From an uncultured bacterium (lineage in GTDB: Bacteria > Patescibacteriota > Saccharimonadia > Saccharimonadales > Saccharimonadaceae), in NCBI GenBank assembly GCA_938036155.1, contig CALHPA010000004.1:5376-69375 (forward strand): a stretch of DNA of 64,000 bases, read 5' to 3'. Both the position numbers and the translations under genes were made by a program. This document shows positions 19,353 to 27,857 of this stretch, in pieces; position 1 is the first letter of the stretch, and each line of letters opens with the position of its first letter. The notes beneath the pieces are model-generated. The model had not been told where the DNA came from. It did no database searches and was given only the letters and a program-made list of their open reading frames with translations.

Positions 19353-20294
19353 ATGGATATTTTTAAGAGTTTTGAAAAATTTATAACAGGATTTTTAGAT
19401 TACGACTGGTTTAACCCAATTGTCATTATTTTTGCTGCAATTCTTGCAAGCTTTTTATCGCGCAAAATTATTGATTTCGCTTTTAGCGTTCGTAAAAAAA
19501 CTAAAAAAATAAAACGTTCTGAGGAGCGATTAAAGCGGAATGAAACTATTTCAAAAATTGCAAAAACTGCGATTGATATTGTTATTTGGATGACTGCAGC
19601 AATAAACTTTCTTAGCTCAATTGGTGTTAATGTGGCGTCTTTAATGACAGGCGCTGGATTAATTGGTGTTGTAGTCGGTCTTGGTGCTCAAACAACAACA
19701 CGTGATATTTTAGCAGGATTTTTTATTGTGGGTGAAAATCAATATCGAGTTGGAGATACAATTGAGATTATGGTTGCCGGAAGGCTAATTTCGGGAAAAG
19801 TTGAAAATATCTCTTTACGAATTACGCAGGTTCGTGATGGTGATGGAAAAGTTCATACAATTCGAAATGGTGCGAGTGAGGCGGTAACTAACCTTTCGTT
19901 TAAATATGCTAATGTTAATTTATTGTTCGGTGTCTCTTATGATACGGATATCGATGTTTTGGAAAAGGTGATAAATAATGTTGGGCTAAAAATGCTTGAA
20001 GATCCGGAATTAAAAAAGGATATTATTGAGCCAATTGTATTCGTGAGAGTGAATAAATTCTTGGATTCTTCGATGGAAATTAAGTGTCTAGGAAGAGTGA
20101 AGGCTGGTAAGCAATGGAACGTTGCTGGAATTTTTCGTCGGGAAATTAAGAAAGCTTTTGATGAAAACGATATTATTTTGCCTTATCCACAAATGGTCAT
20201 TCATGATGTAAATCGAATTACCGCTAAAATGAAAAATTCAAAAGCTCGCACTCGCCATCAAAAACATTCATCTATAAAACAAGTTAAAAAATAA
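19353..20294 (+). CDS. Small-conductance mechanosensitive channel (MscS family)
   Basis: Three TM segments followed by the MscS beta-domain motif (ILAGFFIVGENQYRVGDTIEI..G.VE.ISLR.T..R..DG). Confidence 0.85.
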   Translation: MDIFKSFEKFITGFLDYDWFNPIVIIFAAILASFLSRKIIDFAFSVRKKTKKIKRSEERLKRNETISKIAKTAIDIVIWMTAAINFLSSIGVNVASLMTGAGLIGVVVGLGAQTTTRDILAGFFIVGENQYRVGDTIEIMVAGRLISGKVENISLRITQVRDGDGKVHTIRNGASEAVTNLSFKYANVNLLFGVSYDTDIDVLEKVINNVGLKMLEDPELKKDIIEPIVFVRVNKFLDSSMEIKCLGRVKAGKQWNVAGIFRREIKKAFDENDIILPYPQMVIHDVNRITAKMKNSKARTRHQKHSSIKQVKK

Positions 20295-20316
20295 AACCCT
20301 TTTCGAAAGGGTTTTT
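20294..20316. terminator. Bidirectional terminator between convergent genes
   Basis: AAAACCCTTTTCGAAAGGGTTTTT is a perfect hairpin with A/T runs on both sides. Its loop is a TTCGAA site. Confidence 0.7.
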
Positions 20317-20638
20317 ATCTATAGCGGTTATTTGGACACTTGCCGTATTGCCCATTTTCACAAAATGAGCAATTTTCTTTTTCACATGCTGATAAATCAT
20401 CTGATCTATGTGCGAAAGATTGACTTTTTACGGTTTTAAAGTTTGAGTCAATTCTCTCAAAAATTATACTTTGGGCTTGAACTTTTTTGCGCGAATAGTT
20501 ACATTTGGCAAAATACATTTTAAAAATTTTATAAATTGCAGAAGAGTAGCCTTTTTCGGCTTTGATAAGTAAATCTTCTGGAATGTCTAATTCGGCTATT
20601 CGTTTTAGAAATTTGTGCGAAACTCTAATTTTTACCAT
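20315..20638 (-). CDS. Small hypothetical protein with a C-terminal Cys cluster (C-x5-C-x2-C-x7-C), transcribed divergently from arcA
   Basis: 107-aa ORF with a strong SD (GGAGGTG) 7 nt upstream of the ATG. No family recognised. Confidence 0.5.
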   Translation of the reverse strand: MVKIRVSHKFLKRIAELDIPEDLLIKAEKGYSSAIYKIFKMYFAKCNYSRKKVQAQSIIFERIDSNFKTVKSQSFAHRSDDLSACEKENCSFCENGQYGKCPNNRYR

Positions 20639-20715
20639 ATTTTCACCTCCAAAAATGTACTAAGATGCTATTATTATATAATTTTTCTAATAAAAAGTCA
20701 ATAAAGTTAAATTGA

Positions 20716-20744
20716 TTGATAAAAAATAATCTTTATGGTAAAAT
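20716..20744 (+). promoter_or_regulatory. Promoter of the arc operon
   Basis: TTGATA, a 17-nt spacer, then TGG-TAAAAT (extended -10). The ORF-track ATG at 20735 lies inside this promoter. Confidence 0.55.
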
Positions 20745-20776
20745 TAAAGCATAAACATAAAATAAAGGGAGGGAAT

Positions 20777-22027
20777 ATGGGTGAAAAACCGATTCAAGTT
20801 AATAGTGAAATCGGAAAACTCAAAACCGTAATTTTACATAGACCAGGAAAAGAACTCGAAGGGTTGACTCCGGATTATTTGGAACAGCTACTCTTTGATG
20901 ATATTCCATATTTGGAGGTTGCACAAGCTGAGCATGATGCTTTTGCGGAAACTCTTCGAAATCATGGAGTTGAAGTTCTTTATCTTGATCAGTTAGCAGC
21001 AGAATCACTTTATAATGATGAAATTAAATGGCGATTTATTTCTGATTTTGTGCGAGCTTCAAAGCAAGGTGAACGACATATAACGCACGCTTTGATGCGT
21101 TATTTAGGAGAATTTGAGCCACTCGAGCTTGTTCGAAAAATTATGGCGGGTGTTAAAAAAGATGAGATTAAAACTGATGAAGATGAAAAATCTCATTTGA
21201 ATTATTATTTCAAGAGTGATTATCCATTTTTGCTCGACCCAATGCCAAATCTTTACTTTACTCGTGACCCAGCAGCTGCAGTTGGAAATGGATTAACAAT
21301 TAATAAAATGCGATATCCAGCTCGCCGACGCGAGAGTTTGTTTATGGAATATATTATGCGCTATCACCCACGATTTGCAGCAAAAACTCCTGGTGGTGAA
21401 GTTCCAATTTGGTTTGATCGCTATAATAAATTCAATATGGAAGGTGGCGATGAGCTCGTTCTTTCAAAGAATGTAATGGCGATTGGCGTTTCACAACGAA
21501 CAACCCCTGAAGCGATCGAGAAAGTTGCTTCAAAATTATTTGAATTTTCAGACTTCAATAAAATTTTGGCAATTCAAATTCCAGTTTCGCACGCTTTTAT
21601 GCATCTTGACACTGTTTTCACAATGATTGATTATGACAAATTTACAGTTCACCCAGAAATTTTAGACAAAGATGGTGAATTAAATATTTACGTTTTGGAA
21701 GATTCTGGAGTTCCAGGTCAGCCAAAAATTACGCATCGAACAAATCTAAAAGAAACTCTAGAGGAAGTTCTTGGTCTCGACCATGCAACTTTAATTCAAT
21801 GTGGTGATGGTGATCCAATTGCAGCTGCGCGCGAACAGTGGAATGATGGATCAAACACCTTAGCAATCGCCCCAGGTGTAGTTGTGACCTATGATCGAAA
21901 CTATGTTACAAACAAAGCTTTGCGTGAAGCTGGGGTTGAAGTGATTGAGATTCAAGGAGCTGAGCTCGGCCGCGGACGAGGAGGTCCACGCTGTATGTCA
22001 ATGCCAATTTGGAGAGAGGAGATTTAA
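20777..22027 (+). CDS. arcA: Arginine deiminase
   Basis: [43 protein letters not shown], with the C-terminal catalytic [10 protein letters not shown] chose ATG 20777, which follows SD AAAGGGAGGG. Confidence 0.95.
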   Translation: MGEKPIQVNSEIGKLKTVILHRPGKELEGLTPDYLEQLLFDDIPYLEVAQAEHDAFAETLRNHGVEVLYLDQLAAESLYNDEIKWRFISDFVRASKQGERHITHALMRYLGEFEPLELVRKIMAGVKKDEIKTDEDEKSHLNYYFKSDYPFLLDPMPNLYFTRDPAAAVGNGLTINKMRYPARRRESLFMEYIMRYHPRFAAKTPGGEVPIWFDRYNKFNMEGGDELVLSKNVMAIGVSQRTTPEAIEKVASKLFEFSDFNKILAIQIPVSHAFMHLDTVFTMIDYDKFTVHPEILDKDGELNIYVLEDSGVPGQPKITHRTNLKETLEEVLGLDHATLIQCGDGDPIAAAREQWNDGSNTLAIAPGVVVTYDRNYVTNKALREAGVEVIEIQGAELGRGRGGPRCMSMPIWREEI

Positions 22028-22029
22028 TA

Positions 22030-23019
22030 ATGGCGTTAAATTTAAAAAATCGAAATTTTTTAACACTTTTAGATTTTACACCAGAAGAAATTCGCTTAAT
22101 GCTTGATGTTTCGCATGAATACAAACGTTTAAAGCGAGCTGGAATTGCTCACAAAATTCACGAAGGTAAGCAAGTTGCTTTGCTTTTCGAAAAAACTTCA
22201 ACCCGAACTCGAACCGCTTTTACTGTGGCGGCTCGAGATTTGGGAATTCACCCGGAATTTTTAGGCAAAGATGACATTCAAATGGGTAAAAAGGAATCAA
22301 TTAAAGATACAGCAATTGTGCTTGGTCGCTCATTCGATGGAATTGAATTTCGTGGATTCGCTCATTCAACCGTTGAAGAACTTACAAAATATGCTGGAGT
22401 TCCTGTTTGGAATGGTCTAACTGATATGTACCACCCAACTCAAATTTTAGCTGATTTTATGACAATTGAAGAGCACCTCGGACGCTTAAAAGGTGCTAAA
22501 TTAGTGTTTGTTGGTGATGGCCGAAATAATATGGCAAACAGTTTAATGATTGGGTCGGCTAAAATGGGCGTTGATTTTCGAATTGCTGCTCCGAACGATC
22601 TTCATCCAGATCCTATTTTGGTCGAAAAATGTCGCGAAATTGCCCGTGAAACTGGTGCAAAAATTACAATTACGGACGACCTATATGGTGCTGCTCATGG
22701 TGCAGATTTCATTTATACTGATGTTTGGGTTTCGATGGGTGAAGAAGATAAGTTTGAAGAAAGAATCCATAAACTACGCGGTTTTCAGGTAAATACAGCA
22801 CTTCTTCATGCGACTGGGAATTCAAATGTAAAATTTATGCACTGTTTACCAGCCTTCCATGATTTAAATACAAAAATTGGAAAAGAAATTTTCGAAAAAT
22901 ATGGTTTGAAAGAAATGGAAGTTACTGACGAAGTCTTTAACTCAAATGCTTCAATTGTATTTGATGAAGCTGAGAACCGTATGCACACAATTAAAGCGGT
23001 TATGGCTCTAACTTTATAA
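22030..23019 (+). CDS. arcB: Ornithine carbamoyltransferase (catabolic context)
   Basis: Motifs STRTR ([12 protein letters not shown]), HPTQ and HCLPAFH. Start moved to ATG 22030 ([11 protein letters not shown]). Confidence 0.95.
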   Translation: MALNLKNRNFLTLLDFTPEEIRLMLDVSHEYKRLKRAGIAHKIHEGKQVALLFEKTSTRTRTAFTVAARDLGIHPEFLGKDDIQMGKKESIKDTAIVLGRSFDGIEFRGFAHSTVEELTKYAGVPVWNGLTDMYHPTQILADFMTIEEHLGRLKGAKLVFVGDGRNNMANSLMIGSAKMGVDFRIAAPNDLHPDPILVEKCREIARETGAKITITDDLYGAAHGADFIYTDVWVSMGEEDKFEERIHKLRGFQVNTALLHATGNSNVKFMHCLPAFHDLNTKIGKEIFEKYGLKEMEVTDEVFNSNASIVFDEAENRMHTIKAVMALTL

Positions 23020-23034
23020 TTTTAGGAGAAAGAA

Positions 23035-24702
23035 ATGACTATGGAAAAAGATGCAGATAAAACTGCTTCAAAAAAGGTTAAAAAGGTTTCGAAAAAGCTA
23101 AAAGTATTTAAATCGCCCTCAGCTTTTAGCGTTTTATTCGTTATTATTGCAGTAATGGCTGGCTTAACTTGGCTTATACCAAGTGGTCGTTATGAACGAT
23201 TAGAAGATGGAAAAATCAAATCTAACAGCTATTCGCAAACCGAAAAACGCTTAAAAGTTGTTAAAGAGGTTAAAGATCCAAAAACTGAAATTTCAATTTC
23301 TGATGCAGAAAGCAAAGGTTATAAAAATGCTGGAAGCGATTTTGAAAAAGCCGAAAACGAGAAGAAAGATTATTACATTAGCCTAAAGCAAGGATTCTGG
23401 GATATTTTCTTGTCTCCAATTTATGGAATGGCTAAGAAGCTTGATGTGATTGTATTCATCTTAATCCTTGGTGGATTCCTAGGTGTTGTAATGAAAACTG
23501 GCGCGCTTGATTCTGCAATTGGTGGTTTGCTTAAAAAGATGAAAGGTAAAGAAAAGTGGATCATTCCAGTTTTAATGACACTTTTTGCGATTGGTGGAAC
23601 TACTTATGGTATGCAAGAAGAAGCGGTAGCGTTTTATGCATTAATCGTGCCAATTATGATTGCTGCTGGTTATAATTCAATGACTGCTGTAATGGTAATC
23701 GTTCTTGGAGCTGGTTCAGGTGTTTTAGCTTCAACGGTTAATCCATTCTCGACTATTATTGCTGCGAATGCTGCTGGCGCGGAATTATCAAAAATACTAT
23801 TGCCTCAGTTTATAATTTTGATTGCATCTTTGGTCGCTTCAATTATCTTCACGATGCAATATGCCGCTAAAGTTAAAGCTGGTGGATATGCTGAAGATTC
23901 TATAGGAAAACCAGCAGTTAAAGCAATTGATGCTTCGAAAGTACCAGAATTCACACTTGAGCGAAAGTTTGTAATGGGAATTTTTGGGCTAACTTTCCTT
24001 GTGATGATTATGTCACTTATCCCTTGGGGGGATTTGCATGTAACATTCTTTAAAGACTGGCACGAATGGCTCGCAACTTTGCCTATTGTTGGTGGAATCT
24101 TCGGATTTGAACATGCTGTTCCGTTCGGCTCTTGGTACTTTAACGAAATTTCAGCACTGTTCTTAATCTCGACAATAATGATTAAAATTCTTTATCATGA
24201 GGAATTTAAAAAAGATGACGTTTCTGTAACAAATACTTTCCTTGCTGGCTCGGCAGACCTATTGAGTGTTGCTTTAATTATTGCGGTTGCTGCAGCAATT
24301 GGTGTTTTGATGCAAGCTGGTGGAATTCAAGATACGATTGTTTATTGGGGTGAAGAACTTCTTCGAAAAGTTCCATCACAGATATTTGGTGTTTTGGCTT
24401 ATATTTTCTATATCCCAATGTCATTTATCATTCCATCATCTTCTGGTTTAGCGGAGGCTACAATGCCAATTATTGCTCCTGTTGCAGATTTAGCTGGTTC
24501 AACTAAAGAAATTGCTGTCGTTGCATTTACAACTGCATCTGGACTTCTTAATATGATTGCCCCTACGATTGCATCATTAATGGCTGGTTTAGCACTTGCA
24601 GGCGTTCCTTATAAAAACTGGGTCAAGAGAACTGCTCCATTGATGGCTATTTTAACTTTAATTAGCCTTGTTGTAATTGTTGTGATGGGATTTTTGAAAT
24701 AA
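23035..24702 (+). CDS. YfcC/DcuC-superfamily membrane carrier, a candidate arginine/ornithine exchanger
   Basis: 555 aa, polytopic, with YfcC-like segments (GGTTYGMQEEAVAFYALIVPIM, SSGLAEATMPIIAP). It sits directly after arcAB. SD AGGAGAA upstream. Confidence 0.75.
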   Translation: MTMEKDADKTASKKVKKVSKKLKVFKSPSAFSVLFVIIAVMAGLTWLIPSGRYERLEDGKIKSNSYSQTEKRLKVVKEVKDPKTEISISDAESKGYKNAGSDFEKAENEKKDYYISLKQGFWDIFLSPIYGMAKKLDVIVFILILGGFLGVVMKTGALDSAIGGLLKKMKGKEKWIIPVLMTLFAIGGTTYGMQEEAVAFYALIVPIMIAAGYNSMTAVMVIVLGAGSGVLASTVNPFSTIIAANAAGAELSKILLPQFIILIASLVASIIFTMQYAAKVKAGGYAEDSIGKPAVKAIDASKVPEFTLERKFVMGIFGLTFLVMIMSLIPWGDLHVTFFKDWHEWLATLPIVGGIFGFEHAVPFGSWYFNEISALFLISTIMIKILYHEEFKKDDVSVTNTFLAGSADLLSVALIIAVAAAIGVLMQAGGIQDTIVYWGEELLRKVPSQIFGVLAYIFYIPMSFIIPSSSGLAEATMPIIAPVADLAGSTKEIAVVAFTTASGLLNMIAPTIASLMAGLALAGVPYKNWVKRTAPLMAILTLISLVVIVVMGFLK

Positions 24703-24703
24703 A

Positions 24704-25132
24704 ATGAAACAGATTTCTGAATATCAAAAGGAATCTTTTCATCGGAAATTAACCTCAGTTTTAGTAATTGTTGTGCTGGTAGTTGTAGTTTTCGCGGTGG
24801 GTTTTGTTGTGAAACTACTTGATTTTACACTACCAGTTGCTCACCGAAATATTTCGAATAATAAAAATCAGAATCAGTCTTCGAAAAGTATAATAGTTTC
24901 AGGAAATGTAGTTTGTCTTTCATTCAAAAAAGGTAAAACTAATAATTCAAGTCTAAATAATTGTAAGACTGGAATTATCGATTCTAAAGGTCAAAAATAT
25001 GCTATTTCTGGTGGAAGTAATTTGAATCTTCACGGAGAAGCCAGCTCAAGTGGAGTCGAGGTTTCTGGTGAGTTTATTCCTGCTAATGAAGATGAAATCT
25101 ATGATATAGTTGGCACAATCAAGCGTTCGTAG
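24704..25132 (+). CDS. Membrane-anchored hypothetical protein
   Basis: 142 aa with one TM segment (VLVIVVLVVVVFAVGFVV) and a small extracytoplasmic domain containing two Cys. Confidence 0.45.
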   Translation: MKQISEYQKESFHRKLTSVLVIVVLVVVVFAVGFVVKLLDFTLPVAHRNISNNKNQNQSSKSIIVSGNVVCLSFKKGKTNNSSLNNCKTGIIDSKGQKYAISGGSNLNLHGEASSSGVEVSGEFIPANEDEIYDIVGTIKRS

Positions 25133-25144
25133 TATAATTTAACT

Positions 25145-25732
25145 ATGAAGTTATTGAGTGATCAGGTTGATGAACGCGAGATTAAAATAATTTTGCGCGA
25201 GTTGGAAAAGACTCGCGCATTTTTTGGAGATGTTGTAGAGTTCGGCTGTTATGTTGGCACAACTAGTGTGTTTTTGGCAAAAACTCTTGAAAAATGGGGA
25301 AGTTCTAAAACGCTTTGGCTGTATGATTCGTTTGAAGGTTTACCAGAAAAGTCTTCAAAAGATATTAATTCTTTGGGTGAAGTTTTTAAAAAAGGTGAGC
25401 TGTATGCTAGTAAAAAGCAATTAATTTCAAATTTGCGTAAATCAAATATTAAAAAAATGCCAAAAATTACAAAAGGTTGGTTTAATACGCTTTCGAAAAT
25501 GCAAATTCCTGAAAAAATTAGCTTTGCTTTTTTGGATGGAGATTATTATAATTCAATTCTAGATCCGCTTAATTTAATCTGGGATAATCTTGAAAGTGGG
25601 GCAATTATTGTTGTGGATGACTATGGAAATCAAGCCCTACCAGGAGCTTCGAAGGCAGTTAATGAATGGTGTGCAAAACACAATATTTCAAAAGAAGTTG
25701 AAGCAACTTTGGCGATTTTTCGAAAACCATAA
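25145..25732 (+). CDS. TylF/macrocin-O-methyltransferase-like class I SAM methyltransferase
   Basis: VVEFGCYVGTTSVFLAK..LYDSFEGLPE..FLDGDYYNSILDPLNLIWDNLESGAIIVVDDYG. A TATAAT box at 25133-25138 lies 6 nt before the ATG. Confidence 0.75.
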   Translation: MKLLSDQVDEREIKIILRELEKTRAFFGDVVEFGCYVGTTSVFLAKTLEKWGSSKTLWLYDSFEGLPEKSSKDINSLGEVFKKGELYASKKQLISNLRKSNIKKMPKITKGWFNTLSKMQIPEKISFAFLDGDYYNSILDPLNLIWDNLESGAIIVVDDYGNQALPGASKAVNEWCAKHNISKEVEATLAIFRKP

Positions 25733-25832
25733 AATAATAAAAAGTATTGCGCTTGTGTATAAAATGATGTATTATATAAGTATAAGCGCTAATATTATTT
25801 TTTGGGAGGAACCATAAAAATAGCGTGTTTTC

Positions 25833-25861
25833 TTGACATTTATTATTTTTTTTGATAGAAT
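25833..25861 (+). promoter_or_regulatory. Near-consensus promoter in a 360-bp intergenic region
   Basis: TTGACA, a 17-nt spacer, then TAGAAT. Confidence 0.55.
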
Positions 25862-25949
25862 AGTTCATAGGCTCGCGCAAAAACGTGTAAAATTTATTAA
25901 ATAAAGGAATCGGTCGAGCGCGTGAGTTGCATGAATAAAAGGAGAACAC

Positions 25950-26042
25950 ATGCCTATCAAAATCAATTTTCCTCCTTCAAGGAAGAAAATAATTGCGGTG
26001 GATGTGGTGCCTGCTGAATGGCAACGCTACATTGAACAATAA
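25950..26042 (+). CDS. Candidate 30-aa small ORF (MPIKINFPPSRKKIIAVDVVPAEWQRYIEQ)
   Basis: AAGGAGA SD 6 nt upstream of the ATG, a promoter about 90 nt upstream and a perfect terminator directly downstream. It is too short for the ORF track and no homology is known to me. Confidence 0.25.
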   Translation: MPIKINFPPSRKKIIAVDVVPAEWQRYIEQ

Positions 26043-26056
26043 AAAGTGACAAAAAG

Positions 26057-26086
26057 AAAATCTCACTCGTTACTGAGTGAGATTTT
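26057..26086. terminator. Bidirectional terminator
   Basis: Perfect 12-bp stem AAAATCTCACTC / GAGTGAGATTTT with a 6-nt loop. Confidence 0.75.
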
Positions 26087-26095
26087 ATTATGTGA

Positions 26096-26827
26096 TTATT
26101 TTTGATTCTTGATCGCTTCATCCAAAGCTGATTTTAATTTTGAATCGTCGCCCCAGATATCAGAAGATAAATCTTTATCATTAAGCTTGAATGAAGGTGT
26201 TCCGTTTACTTTTGCTTTTGAACCAACAGCTTGGTCGAATTTAATTTTTGCCTTCACTTTATCGCTTTCGATATCTTTTTTGAATTGGTCGATATTTAGT
26301 TTTAGTTCCTTAGCGTATTCTGTAAAATAATCCATGCGCTCGCTAGCGGTTGAAGCCGTCCATTCGTCTTGCTTGTCGTAAAGCAAGTCGTGCATTTCCC
26401 AATATTTTCCTTGTAGACCTGCAGCTTCGGCAACGCTTGCTGCGGCAAGTGCATTTGGGTGAATTGTAACTAATGGGAAGTTTCGAAATATTACATTAAC
26501 TTTATCTTTATATTCTTCTGCGATTGATTTGATGCGGCTAGCGGCAGTTTTACATCCTGGGCATTGAAAATCACCATATTCAACCAAAGTTACTTTCGAG
26601 TTGTTTTTATGATAAACATGCTCAGAAATATCGCCTGAATTTTTACTTGAAGAAATCTCTTTCGAAATATCAATATTACTCAAATCAATTTTTTGAAGAT
26701 TTGATAGCCAGATCATTCCACTCAAAAAAAGAACAACTAAAACTGTAAAAATTATTGCAAATTTATTATCGGCTATAAAATCTTTTATTTTTTGAAGATT
26801 TTTTGCCTTATTTTTATTAGTAGACAT
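26096..26827 (-). CDS. Membrane-anchored DsbA-like thiol:disulfide oxidoreductase (thioredoxin fold)
   Basis: N-terminal TM, a CPGC active site (GDFQCPGCKTA) and a DsbA-type C-terminal part (GTPSFKLN). Confidence 0.8.
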   Translation of the reverse strand: MSTNKNKAKNLQKIKDFIADNKFAIIFTVLVVLFLSGMIWLSNLQKIDLSNIDISKEISSSKNSGDISEHVYHKNNSKVTLVEYGDFQCPGCKTAASRIKSIAEEYKDKVNVIFRNFPLVTIHPNALAAASVAEAAGLQGKYWEMHDLLYDKQDEWTASTASERMDYFTEYAKELKLNIDQFKKDIESDKVKAKIKFDQAVGSKAKVNGTPSFKLNDKDLSSDIWGDDSKLKSALDEAIKNQK

Positions 26828-26909
26828 TTTCCTCCTTTTTCACTAACTATTACTATTTTAACATAAAAATAAGCTTTTTCAAAATGCATAAGTGTGATAA
26901 AATAAAAAT

Positions 26910-27809
26910 ATGTTAGTTATAAGTGTAATTTGCTTAATTTTAATGCTTATTGTTTTTTCTTTGAAAGAGAAGGAAATTGAATTTTCTGAATTTGAGCTCC
27001 AGCGCAGAATTGATTCTGGTGACAAACGAGCCGAAAAAATGCTCAATAAAAAGAAATTTGTACCAGTTTATAACTATTTTTTACAATATTTTGGTTGTGC
27101 AATCATGATTTTATCAGTAATTTCACTTTCGAAAGTTTTTGATTTTTGGAAGTCGGTGGTTATTTGTTTTGTTGTTTTTTTAATTTCAAAGGGAATTTTA
27201 AAAAGTGGTATTTTGAATCAAACTTCAAACCAGATTAATCGTAAAATTATCCCAATTGTAAATGGAATTTATTTTGCCCAAAATGTAAAAGTGCAAAATA
27301 GACTTTCGAAAATGGCGAATAAAAAACAACCGTGGTCATTTTATTCAAAAGAAGAACTTTTAAATTTTTTAGCTAATCATAAGCGAATTTTAACCGAAAA
27401 TGAGCAAAAATGGATTGAAAAGATTTTTGAACTTGAAGAAAAAACAATTTTAGAAGTTGGAACGTCGGGTGAAAAAATGGCAATAATTCATGATAATGAT
27501 TTGTTAACACCGTTAGTGATTGACGGACTTTTTAAAACTAAGCAAAAGATTTTTCCAGTTATGAACGGAGAAGAAAATAAAGTTAAGGGCGTAATTTTTC
27601 TGGAAGATATTACTAAAATTGACTCAAGTGATTCGAAAAAAGCTCAAAAAGTAATGCATGAGGAATTTTTGTCAATAAAACCTAATTTAAGTGCCTTGGC
27701 TGCTTTCGAAAAAATACTTTCGAAAGGTGAAAATTATGCAATTCTACTTGAAAGAAATGGTGATTTGGCTGGAATCGTTAATTTGGCAGATTTTATTCGC
27801 AAAAAATAG
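26910..27809 (+). CDS. Membrane protein with a degenerate CBS-pair region (DUF21/CorC-like architecture)
   Basis: Three TM segments followed by a CBS-like stretch (ILEVGTSGEKMAIIHDNDLLTPLVIDGLFKTKQKIFPVMNGEE..GVIFLEDI). Confidence 0.5.
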   Translation: MLVISVICLILMLIVFSLKEKEIEFSEFELQRRIDSGDKRAEKMLNKKKFVPVYNYFLQYFGCAIMILSVISLSKVFDFWKSVVICFVVFLISKGILKSGILNQTSNQINRKIIPIVNGIYFAQNVKVQNRLSKMANKKQPWSFYSKEELLNFLANHKRILTENEQKWIEKIFELEEKTILEVGTSGEKMAIIHDNDLLTPLVIDGLFKTKQKIFPVMNGEENKVKGVIFLEDITKIDSSDSKKAQKVMHEEFLSIKPNLSALAAFEKILSKGENYAILLERNGDLAGIVNLADFIRKK

Positions 27810-27857
27810 GAAAATGTGGTAAAATATAAAGAGTTAAATTCAAAAATTAGGAGAAAT

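Noticed and set aside
20735-20776. Upstream-extended starts given by the ORF track for arcA (20735), arcB (22009), aspS (27816), the FtsX permease (38017), csbD (58171), the lexA-like gene (18949), the Wzy-like gene (15788) and the small protein at 46624
   Set aside because: In each case an internal ATG is preceded by a good SD or matches the conserved family N-terminus. The extension overlaps a promoter or the upstream gene.
25659-25949. 96-aa minus-strand ORF in the methyltransferase / dsbA-like spacer
   Set aside because: It runs across the stop of the methyltransferase gene, a hairpin and a plus-strand consensus promoter. It has no SD and its sequence is not protein-like.
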